A stretch of DNA of 64,000 nucleotides, taken from a virus. Position numbers and translations under genes: made by a program. Location of the stretch: IMG/VR virus record IMGVR_UViG_3300014613_000001, positions 32,001-96,000 of that record. One strand, 5' to 3'. Below the pieces are notes generated by a model. That model was not told where the DNA came from. It made no database searches and saw nothing but the letters and a program-made list of their open reading frames with translations. Positions 48,504 through 57,493 of the stretch are shown one piece after another (within the stretch, counting starts at the first letter, position 1; each line of letters begins with the position of its first letter).

Positions 48504-48779
48504 CTACCTCTCACAGAGTCTGGTCCTGATGATCTGTGACTTGTTGAGCAGGGACGCCTTTCCGTTGTTGTCTCTGATTTTCAGGGTGTACTTTGACACC
48601 TTGATGAGAACCCCGTAAACAGTCCAGCTCGGGTGCAGAACAATTTCGATCTCTTTTCCAATCCACTCTTTGTAGTCATCCTCGTTATCTTTTCCGTTGC
48701 TCTTGACCTTTCTGTTTTTCGGCGGACTCAATTGTCGCTTGATGCGCCGTAGTGTGTCATCATCTGTAGGCTCTGCCAT
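48504..48779 (-). CDS. Sm/Hfq-like fold protein
   Basis: WIGKEIEIVL..TVYGVLIKVSKYTLKIRD..SLLNKSQII resembles Sm1/Sm2 motifs; GAGG upstream. Confidence 0.55.
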   Translation of the reverse strand: MAEPTDDDTLRRIKRQLSPPKNRKVKSNGKDNEDDYKEWIGKEIEIVLHPSWTVYGVLIKVSKYTLKIRDNNGKASLLNKSQIIRTRLCER

Positions 48780-48878
48780 GTTACCTCGGGGAACAGCTAT
48801 GGTAACCCATCTCAATAGGGAACCCAATTGCACACCAGATGTAGTGTGTGCACTGGTCTTGGCCTACTACGAGGTGTG

Positions 48879-50048
48879 TTAGGCCGCCTGTTGGAACGCC
48901 TGTTGGAACGCATGCAGCATGTAGGATCCCCCGAGCTCTTCGAGGTCATGCTGCCGTTCGGGGTTATCTCGAAGTGCGACGCCTGTTCTGGTGATCGCTT
49001 GAAGGACACCGTAAGCCGTATTGACCGGCTCCTCGTCGAAGGCGCGGATCACAGCATTTTGGACGTACTTGGGTTGAGCGCGCAGGAACTGTCGAATTTC
49101 AGTGGCTGGATCAGCGATCATCACGTCGTGGATGAGCTCGGTTTGTCCGGCGATGATCTCTTCTCGGATAGGAAGCTCGAGCCACATTTGTCGAAGAAGC
49201 CTCTCGAGCTCCCCATCCTCCATCGGTGTGTGCTTGCGATAGAGCAGCCGGTCACCGGGGACGTCGATCACCATCCCATTGGTACAGACGAGTCGGTGCA
49301 GGAACATCGCGGCCCCGATGGATCGTGATCCGACTTCACTGTTCCAGCATTTGAACCCGCCGAGCACCTCATCTCCTTTTTCATGGAGGATGGGGAGGTT
49401 CGTTGGTTTGTTCTTGACGAAGGTGAGGAAGGTCGTCGCCTCTGTCCGGCGATTGTAAGTCACCGAGTACTCCTCCATGGCGGATCCACCGGTCTTTTGC
49501 ATCGCCTCGAGCAGCTCAACATCACGGATCTCGGCGTACTTCGGTCCGACGATTCCGCGAAGGATACCGTCGACACCGATTTGCGGCTTCTTCTTCTCCT
49601 GATCATTGAGCTGGCGGGCTACAATTTTGACGATGAGCTCCTCGTCGTCCTTTCGGGCGCGTAGGTGGGGGGTCAGAGTTTGTTGAATGAGCTTGGGATC
49701 GCTCATGATGGGGCCGAGGAACTTCGGGACCTTGATCCCGATTTTAGCTCCTACCTGCCCCATGGAGTGGCTGTTCATCTTGAGGTTGCCGAAGCCGGGC
49801 ACGTATACCGTGCCGTTGGCCCACCAGCGCCATGACGACATGTGAGAGCACGCCCACGGGTGGTCCGAGTGCGGAAGTCCACGATCTTTGGATGCGATAT
49901 GCTGTGGCGTAATACGCAGGCTGTCGAACTGATGCGCCGTCTCAAGCACTGTGTCAAAGCTGGTCAGCTTCGTCGTCGGCCAGTCTTCCCAGTTCATCTG
50001 TAGGCGTGATGAGTCCGATTGGGTGTTGCTCGTCGTTTGTTCGTCCAT
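48879..50048 (-). CDS. DUF932-family protein
   Basis: WNSEVGSRS..FLHRLVCTNGM..RKH. Confidence 0.75.
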   Translation of the reverse strand: MDEQTTSNTQSDSSRLQMNWEDWPTTKLTSFDTVLETAHQFDSLRITPQHIASKDRGLPHSDHPWACSHMSSWRWWANGTVYVPGFGNLKMNSHSMGQVGAKIGIKVPKFLGPIMSDPKLIQQTLTPHLRARKDDEELIVKIVARQLNDQEKKKPQIGVDGILRGIVGPKYAEIRDVELLEAMQKTGGSAMEEYSVTYNRRTEATTFLTFVKNKPTNLPILHEKGDEVLGGFKCWNSEVGSRSIGAAMFLHRLVCTNGMVIDVPGDRLLYRKHTPMEDGELERLLRQMWLELPIREEIIAGQTELIHDVMIADPATEIRQFLRAQPKYVQNAVIRAFDEEPVNTAYGVLQAITRTGVALRDNPERQHDLEELGGSYMLHAFQQAFQQAA

Positions 50049-50304
50049 CTGTCGATTCCTCTTCGTTGAAGAGAACACCTGCTACGTGATCTTCTACGGC
50101 AGATATGAACTCCTCAAGTGTGTCTCGCACGTTTTGGGGCCAGCCCCCGGCTGCTTGCATAACTCCGTATTTGATCTTGTTTTTCTTTTTCTCCCCTATG
50201 AGATCACATTGTACATCAATGATCGAGCCTGTGTCCTCGATTGTTATGAGCGCCTTCGCCAGAGAGACCGCGGTGACTCGGCACGTGGCGTCGCTACGTC
50301 GCAC
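49954..50304 (-). CDS. Hypothetical protein
   Basis: AGGAGG RBS + GTG; its 3' end overlaps the start of the DUF932 gene. Confidence 0.5.
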   Translation of the reverse strand: MRRSDATCRVTAVSLAKALITIEDTGSIIDVQCDLIGEKKKNKIKYGVMQAAGGWPQNVRDTLEEFISAVEDHVAGVLFNEEESTDGRTNDEQHPIGLITPTDELGRLADDEADQL

Positions 50305-50638
50305 TCAGCTCCTCCTTTACCGCCTGAAGCAGCGCGAGCATCGTGATTTCATCGCGTTCCATCTCTGCATCTGCGATCTCCTGGCACGCCCTCAGTGCTG
50401 CCCCTATGGTTTTCTCATCCTGGTTGCATTTGATCTCAACGTAGCAGGATCCGCTGATCCCGAACTCCCCGTACCCAATACCGTGTGAGATGCGCCGTTC
50501 TCTGCCGACCTTGGCGAGTCCATCGCCGATGAGCACGTTTACGGGAACGCTCTTGGAGGATCCAGTGTATGCTCGCCCAGGTTCCCCCTTTTTCTTGGTT
50601 ACCAGCTTTCGCAGTACATCGGCCTTGTTGTTGGTCAT
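50294..50638 (-). CDS. Hypothetical protein
   Basis: 114 aa in-operon ORF. Confidence 0.65.
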   Translation of the reverse strand: MTNNKADVLRKLVTKKKGEPGRAYTGSSKSVPVNVLIGDGLAKVGRERRISHGIGYGEFGISGSCYVEIKCNQDEKTIGAALRACQEIADAEMERDEITMLALLQAVKEELSAT

Positions 50639-50642
50639 CTGT

Positions 50643-51071
50643 TCACCCTAAGAAGTTGATCTCTTTTGGCTTGTTCTTGATCTGAAGCCCACGAGCTATG
50701 TCCGTTATCGTTCGGCTGGCGACGGATTTGTCGAGCCGTCCGGTTCTCACAGCTTCGTCAAACTTCTTTGACTTGACCTGGTAGACAACCTCAACGAGCT
50801 CGTCCCGTAGGTCTTTGTCCTCCTCGAGCATGTAGTGGAGGTAGTTGCCGTCGAAGGTACGTTTGTTGGTTGGGACTGGGTTCATGCCGCCGCCAGCGAT
50901 CCCGGTCTCGGTCACGGCAATGATGAGCTGCTCGCGCGCGACCTCTCGCCGCATGACGTGCTCTTTGTACAGCTTCATCGTCTCCCAATTGTCGTCCTCA
51001 AAGGTCCGGAGTTTTTCTTCGGCCGCTTCAAATTCTTCTTCGGCGCGCTTTACCCTGTCAGCTGCTTTCAT
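50643..51071 (-). CDS. Hypothetical coiled-coil protein
   Basis: GAAGGA RBS before ATG 51071. Confidence 0.6.
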   Translation of the reverse strand: MKAADRVKRAEEEFEAAEEKLRTFEDDNWETMKLYKEHVMRREVAREQLIIAVTETGIAGGGMNPVPTNKRTFDGNYLHYMLEEDKDLRDELVEVVYQVKSKKFDEAVRTGRLDKSVASRTITDIARGLQIKNKPKEINFLG

Positions 51072-51081
51072 TTCCTTCTCC

Positions 51082-51711
51082 TTATTGTCGGTACAGTTCG
51101 CGGAGCATCGCAACATGCCTGTTGATGAAGGCGAAATCTCTCTTTGCCGTTTCATACGGCGTGGTCGGTCTTGGGTCCACTCCTTGTTTTAGGATATCAG
51201 CCGGATGATACGTTGTGAACATGGGGTACTTTACAAATTTCAGCTGCCCCGGCACCGACAGAAATTCCTGGGTGCTCCTGGCGTTACCTAAGCGAATCTT
51301 CTGCCCGAACAGCCCCTGTACGGCGTCGATCCCAAGAACTACGATGATGAGCGGGTCGACGTCATAGATGGTTCGCATGATACGAGTCCGGCACATCCTG
51401 ATGGATTCGGCATCCGCTTTTCCAGTGCTCAGGTATTTACCATCATCCTTAGGCGGCCAACAGGCGACGACGTTGTCGAGGAAGAGCTCCTCGCGTGCCC
51501 ATCCGACATCCCCAAGGAGCAGATCCAGCGCCTCACCCTCCATCCCCTGGAACGGAACGCCACACAGATCGTCCTGACTCACTGGCCAGCTACCTATGAT
51601 CATTATGTCGGCATCTGGATTCCCGTGTCCCAGAACGACATGTGACCGATACTGATGTAGCTCACATCTCGTGCAGTCGTACCAGTGCTCGTATCCCGGT
51701 AGCGGGCTCAC
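51082..51711 (-). CDS. Uracil-DNA glycosylase family 4-like protein
   Basis: CTRCEL..VVLGHGN..PF.G..G, NVVACWP, C..I..V.P..IV.LG, YHPA. Confidence 0.8.
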   Translation of the reverse strand: MSPLPGYEHWYDCTRCELHQYRSHVVLGHGNPDADIMIIGSWPVSQDDLCGVPFQGMEGEALDLLLGDVGWAREELFLDNVVACWPPKDDGKYLSTGKADAESIRMCRTRIMRTIYDVDPLIIVVLGIDAVQGLFGQKIRLGNARSTQEFLSVPGQLKFVKYPMFTTYHPADILKQGVDPRPTTPYETAKRDFAFINRHVAMLRELYRQ

Positions 51712-52259
51712 TTCAGCCCCCCTCCTATGATGAGTTTTCTGAGCGGGTTGTTTGGATCTTCGAGCTCTTTATTGATCTCGTCGTGGAGCTGCTCCAGTGA
51801 CTTCAGATCTTGTGAGGTCGCGGTTTGCACGAGGTTCTGCTCCTGTGCGATCATTTGCTCCATGGCGTATCCGATTCCTACATATTCAGTGAAGAAGGCA
51901 TCCTGCGTTGCCTGAGATTGTGATTTGATCTCATAGAGGTAATCGGGCTTGATGAGTAGCCTGCGGATAGGCTCGAGCGCGCACCAGTGTAAGGTCCCGA
52001 GTCTTGGTACGGTGGTCGGCACGCTGTTTCCAGTGAGTGGGTCCTTCGCAAGATCCTGAGCCATTCCAATAGGATATGCGTCTCGAAGAAGCACGTATCC
52101 GTGTCCGGCCGGCGGGCTCCGCATCATGCCGAGAAACGCTTTTTGTCCAACGCCGCAGACGACGAGCATCGCGACGATACTGTCGTATTTACCGACAAGA
52201 TCTGGTGGGAGCTTTGCAATAAACTCACGGTGTGTCCTGGAGAACTTATCATGTGACAT
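51708..52259 (-). CDS. Hypothetical protein
   Basis: 183 aa in-operon ORF. Confidence 0.6.
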   Translation of the reverse strand: MSHDKFSRTHREFIAKLPPDLVGKYDSIVAMLVVCGVGQKAFLGMMRSPPAGHGYVLLRDAYPIGMAQDLAKDPLTGNSVPTTVPRLGTLHWCALEPIRRLLIKPDYLYEIKSQSQATQDAFFTEYVGIGYAMEQMIAQEQNLVQTATSQDLKSLEQLHDEINKELEDPNNPLRKLIIGGGLK

Positions 52260-53640
52260 GCGTGACTCCTATTCCTCTTTTCTTGAGGTGCCCTATCAGC
52301 TTTTCCCCCATGCTCTTCATTGGAGGAATTTTCGTGTGGTGTATGACCACGACTCTCGGCGTCTCTTTACCTGCACAAAATCGCTGTATCCTCCCGATGG
52401 CTTGCTGTAGATTATTGGATGAGCTGAATTCGGTCAGGATGATCAATGAATCCAAGCTCTTCTTGTTTAGCGCCTCCCGCGCCATGTCGACAGTCGCAAA
52501 CGTGAGTGTGTTCTCCCTCAGAACGGCTAACCTCTTGCTCTCAGCGACATCTGCGTCCAACACTCCCGACTCGGGGTATAGCGTGTGAAGCTGACGAGAG
52601 TGGTCCTTCGACACTGCGAGGACGAGAATATCTCGTCCCGCCTGGACCTCATAGTCGATCACAGACTGCGCGAACTTGATCTCTTCTGGGCGCTGGCCGA
52701 CGTAGGCACAGATCCTTTTGTGGTGTACGTCGTGCAGTGACGTTTCGATGTGGTTCCGCACCTCGTCGCTTTGGAGGTCGATATGCGTCGGTGACGCCCT
52801 GAAGAACACGTTTGGGATCATGTCTTGTTCGAGGTTCTGATAGAAGACGGGCCCAATGTGCCAGAGATAGACGAGCTCCATGCCATCAGGCCTGTTGATC
52901 GTGGCGGAAGCCCCGATCCGGTCCCCCAAGAATAGGTCGGCGGTTTGCGCGTACCAGCTTGCGGCGAGATGGTGCACTTCATCCCAGATGATCGTCTGAA
53001 AGTAGGCGGCCATCTCTGGGGTCACAGCCTCCGGGTAAAGGGAAAGGGTCTTCAACGACGCAAACGTGATCGGGCACCCCCGCCACTTCCACTTCTTGGG
53101 GTTTCCTTGTATCCACCCGATGTCGCCATCTACACGCAGCTTGGGCAGCTCGGTGTCATTTCCGAGCACCTCCTCCTTCCATTGGAGGAGGATGTTGGCT
53201 TTGTCGTTGATAACAAGTACCGGTCCACCCTTTTGCGCCGCCGCGTGTAAGAGGATCACGGTTTTTCCGGATCCGCATCCCATATTCAGAATGCCTTCTC
53301 CTCCAGCTAGGAGAAGATCTTCATGGGCGTCCCGTTGGACTGTGCTGTCCGGGTCGAGGAAATCAAGTGTGATGAGACTTTCGAGACCCACTTGTGGGTA
53401 GGTGTGCGGCCGGAGGTCAACCGCGTCGCACCCGAACTCGGTCGGCTGCATCTTCCCTCGAGGGATGCCTATGTGGTGTTTAGATTCCCGCCACAGGTCC
53501 AGGTAGACGCCTTTTTCACTGGTCTCGAGGTGCAGACTGTGCCGAAGTATGCGCGGGCTTACGCGCTTTTTCGGCACCCATAACCAGTTGTCGATATACA
53601 CAGTGTCAGGATCACGTACCGGAATCGTGAGTGTTGTCAT
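52249..53640 (-). CDS. Superfamily 2 helicase (UvsW/ResIII-like)
   Basis: GCGSGKT, DEVH, GASAT, QAIGRIQR. Confidence 0.88.
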   Translation of the reverse strand: MTTLTIPVRDPDTVYIDNWLWVPKKRVSPRILRHSLHLETSEKGVYLDLWRESKHHIGIPRGKMQPTEFGCDAVDLRPHTYPQVGLESLITLDFLDPDSTVQRDAHEDLLLAGGEGILNMGCGSGKTVILLHAAAQKGGPVLVINDKANILLQWKEEVLGNDTELPKLRVDGDIGWIQGNPKKWKWRGCPITFASLKTLSLYPEAVTPEMAAYFQTIIWDEVHHLAASWYAQTADLFLGDRIGASATINRPDGMELVYLWHIGPVFYQNLEQDMIPNVFFRASPTHIDLQSDEVRNHIETSLHDVHHKRICAYVGQRPEEIKFAQSVIDYEVQAGRDILVLAVSKDHSRQLHTLYPESGVLDADVAESKRLAVLRENTLTFATVDMAREALNKKSLDSLIILTEFSSSNNLQQAIGRIQRFCAGKETPRVVVIHHTKIPPMKSMGEKLIGHLKKRGIGVTHVT

Positions 53641-53996
53641 GATTTCTCCTTCTTGGGGGCGGCGAAGTCGTGGTTGTCGAAGAAGTCTCCGAACTCGTGC
53701 CCACCAGCAGCGAGTGAGGATGCTAGGATGTTCAACACGAGCCGTCCAGCCATGGATTCGTTATCGGCCGGGCTCGGCCGTCGTGACTTGATGCGAGCTG
53801 GTGTGTACCCCTCTCGGGGTGCTACTCGAAGCCCGCTTTGTACTCGATCTCGGCTGTGGCGTGATTGCCGCAGGTCGTTCATTCCTGTTTCTTCTTGGCA
53901 GGCCGCCTCGTTGGAGCAGAGCATGCAGTCCCGTTTTCCGGCCTTCCAGTTTCCGAGACCACCGCGGGCACATTCGTAAAAATCGTACTCGCCCAT
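53637..53996 (-). CDS. Hypothetical Cys-containing protein
   Basis: First gene of the - strand operon; C..CMLC..C pattern. Confidence 0.55.
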   Translation of the reverse strand: MGEYDFYECARGGLGNWKAGKRDCMLCSNEAACQEETGMNDLRQSRHSRDRVQSGLRVAPREGYTPARIKSRRPSPADNESMAGRLVLNILASSLAAGGHEFGDFFDNHDFAAPKKEKS

Positions 53997-54048
53997 GTAC
54001 TGATACTGTCCCTTTCATGTTTGGCTAGATTCGATCTCGTGGGATGTC

Positions 54049-54057
54049 CTTATACCT
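54049..54057 (-). promoter_or_regulatory. Candidate promoter AGGTATAAG heading the replication operon
   Basis: Located in the divergent intergenic region; repeated at 59682-59690 and, as the 8-mer, at 35275. Confidence 0.5.
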
Positions 54058-54151
54058 TTCCTGTGTCGGCCTTTGCCCAGCTCCTCCAGGGTGATAGACT
54101 TGATGCAGAAACCCCCGATGCTTGTTCGTTCGGGGTCCAACGAGGAGTCAC

Positions 54152-55354
54152 ATGCTACTTTCAGCCGGTTCCGTGATTGATCCGTATGACGATGGGTTCC
54201 GATCCCTCAAGAACTTCTTCGGCTCTGGGCGCGAGATGCCGGATTTCATCAAGACCGCTTCCATCCTTGATCAAGATCAGCTTTCCAAGCTGCCGGATCA
54301 TGCGTTCGCTGTGGTCATGGTCGGGCCTGATCGGATGCTGCGGAAGTACGCCTGTGTCGACAAGGCGCACACCGCCGTGAACGTCATGTACTTCCTGAAG
54401 TCAGAAGCTGATCTTCCGCCGTCGGCCCGTGTGAAGGTGGCGGAGAACCTCATCCGGGCTTGTCGGCACTTCAGTGTTCAGCCGCCGGCGCAGTTGAGCA
54501 AGATCGCTTCCTTGAACAAGAAGCGCCTGATCAAGACGGATGGCCCAGATATCATGGTGCCGGTTCAGGGCCGAGAGAAAGAATCAGATGTCCCGGTGAA
54601 CAGGAACGCGTACCCCACAGAAACCGGGCGTACAAAGCTGGCGTACGTCATGACGTCGCCGTACGTGGATCTCGATGAACCGTACCGCCCCGAGCGTAAC
54701 ATCGAAAAGACGGCGTCGAGCTCGGTCTCCGCACTTCCTGACGGGCGTTTTCCTCTCGATACTTTTTCTCAGGTGAAAGAGGCTGTTGAGTTCTTTCGGG
54801 AGACGGCGCGTACGATACACCCAAGAGTCCGTCGAGAGATGTGTGTGAAGATCGCATCGCGGGCCGAGGATCTGGGGGTGCAGATCCCGGATGTGATCCG
54901 GAAATACGGATCAACAGAGTGGGCCGCGAAAGGAGAGCGTGAAGCGACGTTGGTGTCCAGGCGTCAGGTGTGGGCTTCTTCAGGAAATGAAGAGGGTCCG
55001 GGAATGCTCGATCTGCTGATGGAGAAGCAGGCCAGCACGGATCCGGATGTCTTCGCCAATGTGTTGGCCGAGATCGACGCTCAGACTGGCATCGACCATC
55101 TGTGGGATCGTCATCTCGCTGATCCGTGGTTGTCGACTTTCGGCATTCGAAAGACAGCGGCCTGGAAATGGTCGGACAACGGGACGGAGGTCACCGAGCA
55201 GCAGTTGAAACGACTGGTCGGATCACGGATGGAGAAGGTCGCGGAAACCTTTGGGAGTCATCTTGCTGACGGGCTCGCGAGAGAAACCACTGTGGTTTTT
55301 GATTCGCTTCCTTTGGACACCAAGCGTATCTTGGCCAGGATGGCACAAGAGTAG
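54152..55354 (+). CDS. Putative head scaffold/assembly protein with six K-x-A motifs
   Basis: GAGGAG RBS before ATG 54152; KTAS, KIAS, KLAY, KTAS, KQAS, KTAA; two similar F.(C/L)D/V..(T/V)...V.YF modules. Confidence 0.55.
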   Translation: MLLSAGSVIDPYDDGFRSLKNFFGSGREMPDFIKTASILDQDQLSKLPDHAFAVVMVGPDRMLRKYACVDKAHTAVNVMYFLKSEADLPPSARVKVAENLIRACRHFSVQPPAQLSKIASLNKKRLIKTDGPDIMVPVQGREKESDVPVNRNAYPTETGRTKLAYVMTSPYVDLDEPYRPERNIEKTASSSVSALPDGRFPLDTFSQVKEAVEFFRETARTIHPRVRREMCVKIASRAEDLGVQIPDVIRKYGSTEWAAKGEREATLVSRRQVWASSGNEEGPGMLDLLMEKQASTDPDVFANVLAEIDAQTGIDHLWDRHLADPWLSTFGIRKTAAWKWSDNGTEVTEQQLKRLVGSRMEKVAETFGSHLADGLARETTVVFDSLPLDTKRILARMAQE

Positions 55355-55378
55355 GACGGGCAAGGATGAGGTATCGCC

Positions 55379-55712
55379 GTTTTCCCCACACGCGTGGGGA
55401 TGGACCGGTGGGAGTGGCTCGGAACCCCATGGGACCCAAGTTTTCCCCACACGCGTGGGGATGGACCGTCGGCGACGAGGGTGAGACCCGCCAGGGTCGA
55501 GTTTTCCCCACACGCGTGGGGATGGACCGCCGGGGCTGCTACCAGAGCTTCATTGTGCGAGGTTTTCCCCACACGCGTGGGGATGGACCGAAGATGGCCG
55601 AGCTCGAGAAGCTCTTCGGATTGTTTTCCCCACACGCGTGGGGATGGACCGTCGGACACCCAAGCCGACGAAGGTCGGTGCCCGTTTTCCCCACACGCGT
55701 GGGGCTGGATCT
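55379..55712 (+). CRISPR. Type I-E-like CRISPR mini-array: 6 repeats (29 bp) and 5 spacers (32 bp); no adjacent cas genes
   Basis: Repeat GTTTTCCCCACACGCGTGGGGATGGACCG at 55379, 55440, 55501, 55562 and 55623; degenerate copy at 55684 (..GGGGCTGGATCT); 61-bp period; CCCCAC/GTGGGG stem. Confidence 0.97.
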
Positions 55713-55718
55713 AAGAGG

Positions 55719-56603
55719 ATGACACGCCAAGGTGAAGAGCGTCTTTGGCAGCAACTTCAGGACGCCGAAGAGGAGAAGCCGATCGAGGAGGTCGAACCAC
55801 CGGCTGATCCGAAACCCGATAACGTCGAGAACGACAAGTCGGGAGATATGACGGTTTCGAATTTCTTGGCACACCACGATACCCATCCACTCGTGCTCGA
55901 CGCAGCTTGCCTGAAGGCGTTTCAGACGGACTGGTTGTGGTGGGAGCCTGAGATTATACACTCTGAGCTGCGGCGTGTGTTTGGGCAGTCAACGATCAGC
56001 ACCCTGAACTGGCAGCAGATCCAGGCGTGCAAGACCTGCCATGTTGTCCCGACCCCGTGGAAGGAGTGGGAGGTGTTCAACACTGTGATCATGGCGTTGA
56101 ACAACAACATCCCTGACTTTCACACCATGCAGAAGCCGAGCATCGCGCAGGTCATGGTGGGCCTGGATATCATGAGTCGGATCGACAGCCGACAGATGTT
56201 TTCGGAGGAAGTAGAGAAGTTCATTGCCGCCGTATTCTTGGAGGATGGCGTTTACTTCATGCCGCCTCCGGCAGATTTCGCGCAGGAGTGGGCGTCGAGG
56301 CCCGAGTACCGGTGCCGAAGGTGTGGACGCATTGATCGCGATGACATGAACGACATGTGCGATAGCTGCGGAGCGCCGGACAGTGAGTTGGAGCGGCAGT
56401 TGGCTTTCGACCCCGCCCCCGTCATGGCCAGGTACAATGAGTGTGTTCGTCTCGGAAACGATCGCGAGGACATGCTCGAGGAGACGATCATCGACGTTCA
56501 AACAGCGAAGCTCCTCCTCGCTCGAGAGTACATGCTGTTTCGGCGTCAGCAGTTGGAAGATCAGCTCAAGGTGGTGAACGATGCCAAGCCCATACGTGAT
56601 TGA
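55719..56603 (+). CDS. Hypothetical protein with Zn ribbon
   Basis: Starts 6 nt after the last repeat; CRRC..CDSC. Confidence 0.7.
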   Translation: MTRQGEERLWQQLQDAEEEKPIEEVEPPADPKPDNVENDKSGDMTVSNFLAHHDTHPLVLDAACLKAFQTDWLWWEPEIIHSELRRVFGQSTISTLNWQQIQACKTCHVVPTPWKEWEVFNTVIMALNNNIPDFHTMQKPSIAQVMVGLDIMSRIDSRQMFSEEVEKFIAAVFLEDGVYFMPPPADFAQEWASRPEYRCRRCGRIDRDDMNDMCDSCGAPDSELERQLAFDPAPVMARYNECVRLGNDREDMLEETIIDVQTAKLLLAREYMLFRRQQLEDQLKVVNDAKPIRD

Positions 56604-57489
56604 TCTGGCCTTCATCGACGCACAAGTTGACGAGATGGAGAAGATCGCCTTCCTCGGTAGCGCCTGGAAGGGTCTCCAGGCATCGAAACCTTTTGTGGGG
56701 CATCTTCTGGGAGCAGGTGCTGGAGCTGTAGCCGGTGGAGCAGCCGGAGCTGCGACAGCAGCTCCAGAGAATCGTGTTCGGCATGCTATCGGTGGTGCGG
56801 TGCTAGGTGGTATTGCTGGTCTGGTTCCAGGTCAGCTCGCTACGAAGGCTGGAAGGGCGGCTGTGGGGCGTCTTGGTCAACGTCAGCTCCACGGTCTGAC
56901 GGGCAAGCTGCCCGGGCACAGCTTCAAGAAGTCGCACGCGGTCGTAGGAGATGCTCGAACTGCTGCACTCGCCAAGATGAAATTCGACAACCCTGCTGTG
57001 CAAAGTGCCTCCGAGTTGAAAAAGGACATGTGGGGGCCCTTCAAGAATTTGCGCTCTAAGGCACAGTTTCGTGCACAGGAACATCAACGGTTTCTGGCAG
57101 CGAATGATCTGACGAACCTCCCCGGGTTGGTGAGGGGGTACGTGAAACCGGCTGCTGGTATTACACGTCGACAGATTCTGAAGTCCAATCTCCTGGCGCC
57201 TGGGATCGGTTTCGGCGTAGGTCTTCCGCTGGCCCTCACGGCTCCCTCCGCAGTGGAGTCTGTTCAGCAGCGGAGTATCAAGCCGCTGGCGCGCGGGGTG
57301 GTGGAGAACGCCAGCTTTGCGCTTGGCGGTGGCCTTCCGATTGGAGCCGCCATGGCTGCTGGGTATGGTGGATCTCGGCTCGCAGGGTTGATCGGTAAGG
57401 CTCCGCCAGTAACACAGCCAATCGCGCCCAACCGTACAACCAATCGTGCCCAACCGGCTATGCAGGGTCAAGTGATACCTGCGAGGTGA
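56581..57489 (+). CDS. Basic Gly/Ala-rich protein with glycine zippers, putative ejected internal protein
   Basis: N-terminal FIDAQVDEMEKIA; GAGAGAVAGGAAG and GGAVLGGIAG segments. Confidence 0.6.
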   Translation: MPSPYVIDLAFIDAQVDEMEKIAFLGSAWKGLQASKPFVGHLLGAGAGAVAGGAAGAATAAPENRVRHAIGGAVLGGIAGLVPGQLATKAGRAAVGRLGQRQLHGLTGKLPGHSFKKSHAVVGDARTAALAKMKFDNPAVQSASELKKDMWGPFKNLRSKAQFRAQEHQRFLAANDLTNLPGLVRGYVKPAAGITRRQILKSNLLAPGIGFGVGLPLALTAPSAVESVQQRSIKPLARGVVENASFALGGGLPIGAAMAAGYGGSRLAGLIGKAPPVTQPIAPNRTTNRAQPAMQGQVIPAR

Positions 57490-57493
57490 TCTG

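Noticed and set aside
55191-55659. Several - strand ORFs over the CRISPR array, and the 55638 start for the downstream gene
   Set aside because: By-products of stop-poor GC-rich repeats.
55408-55683. Self-targeting spacers
   Set aside because: No protospacer found in the window by eye; only short partial matches. A proper search is still needed.
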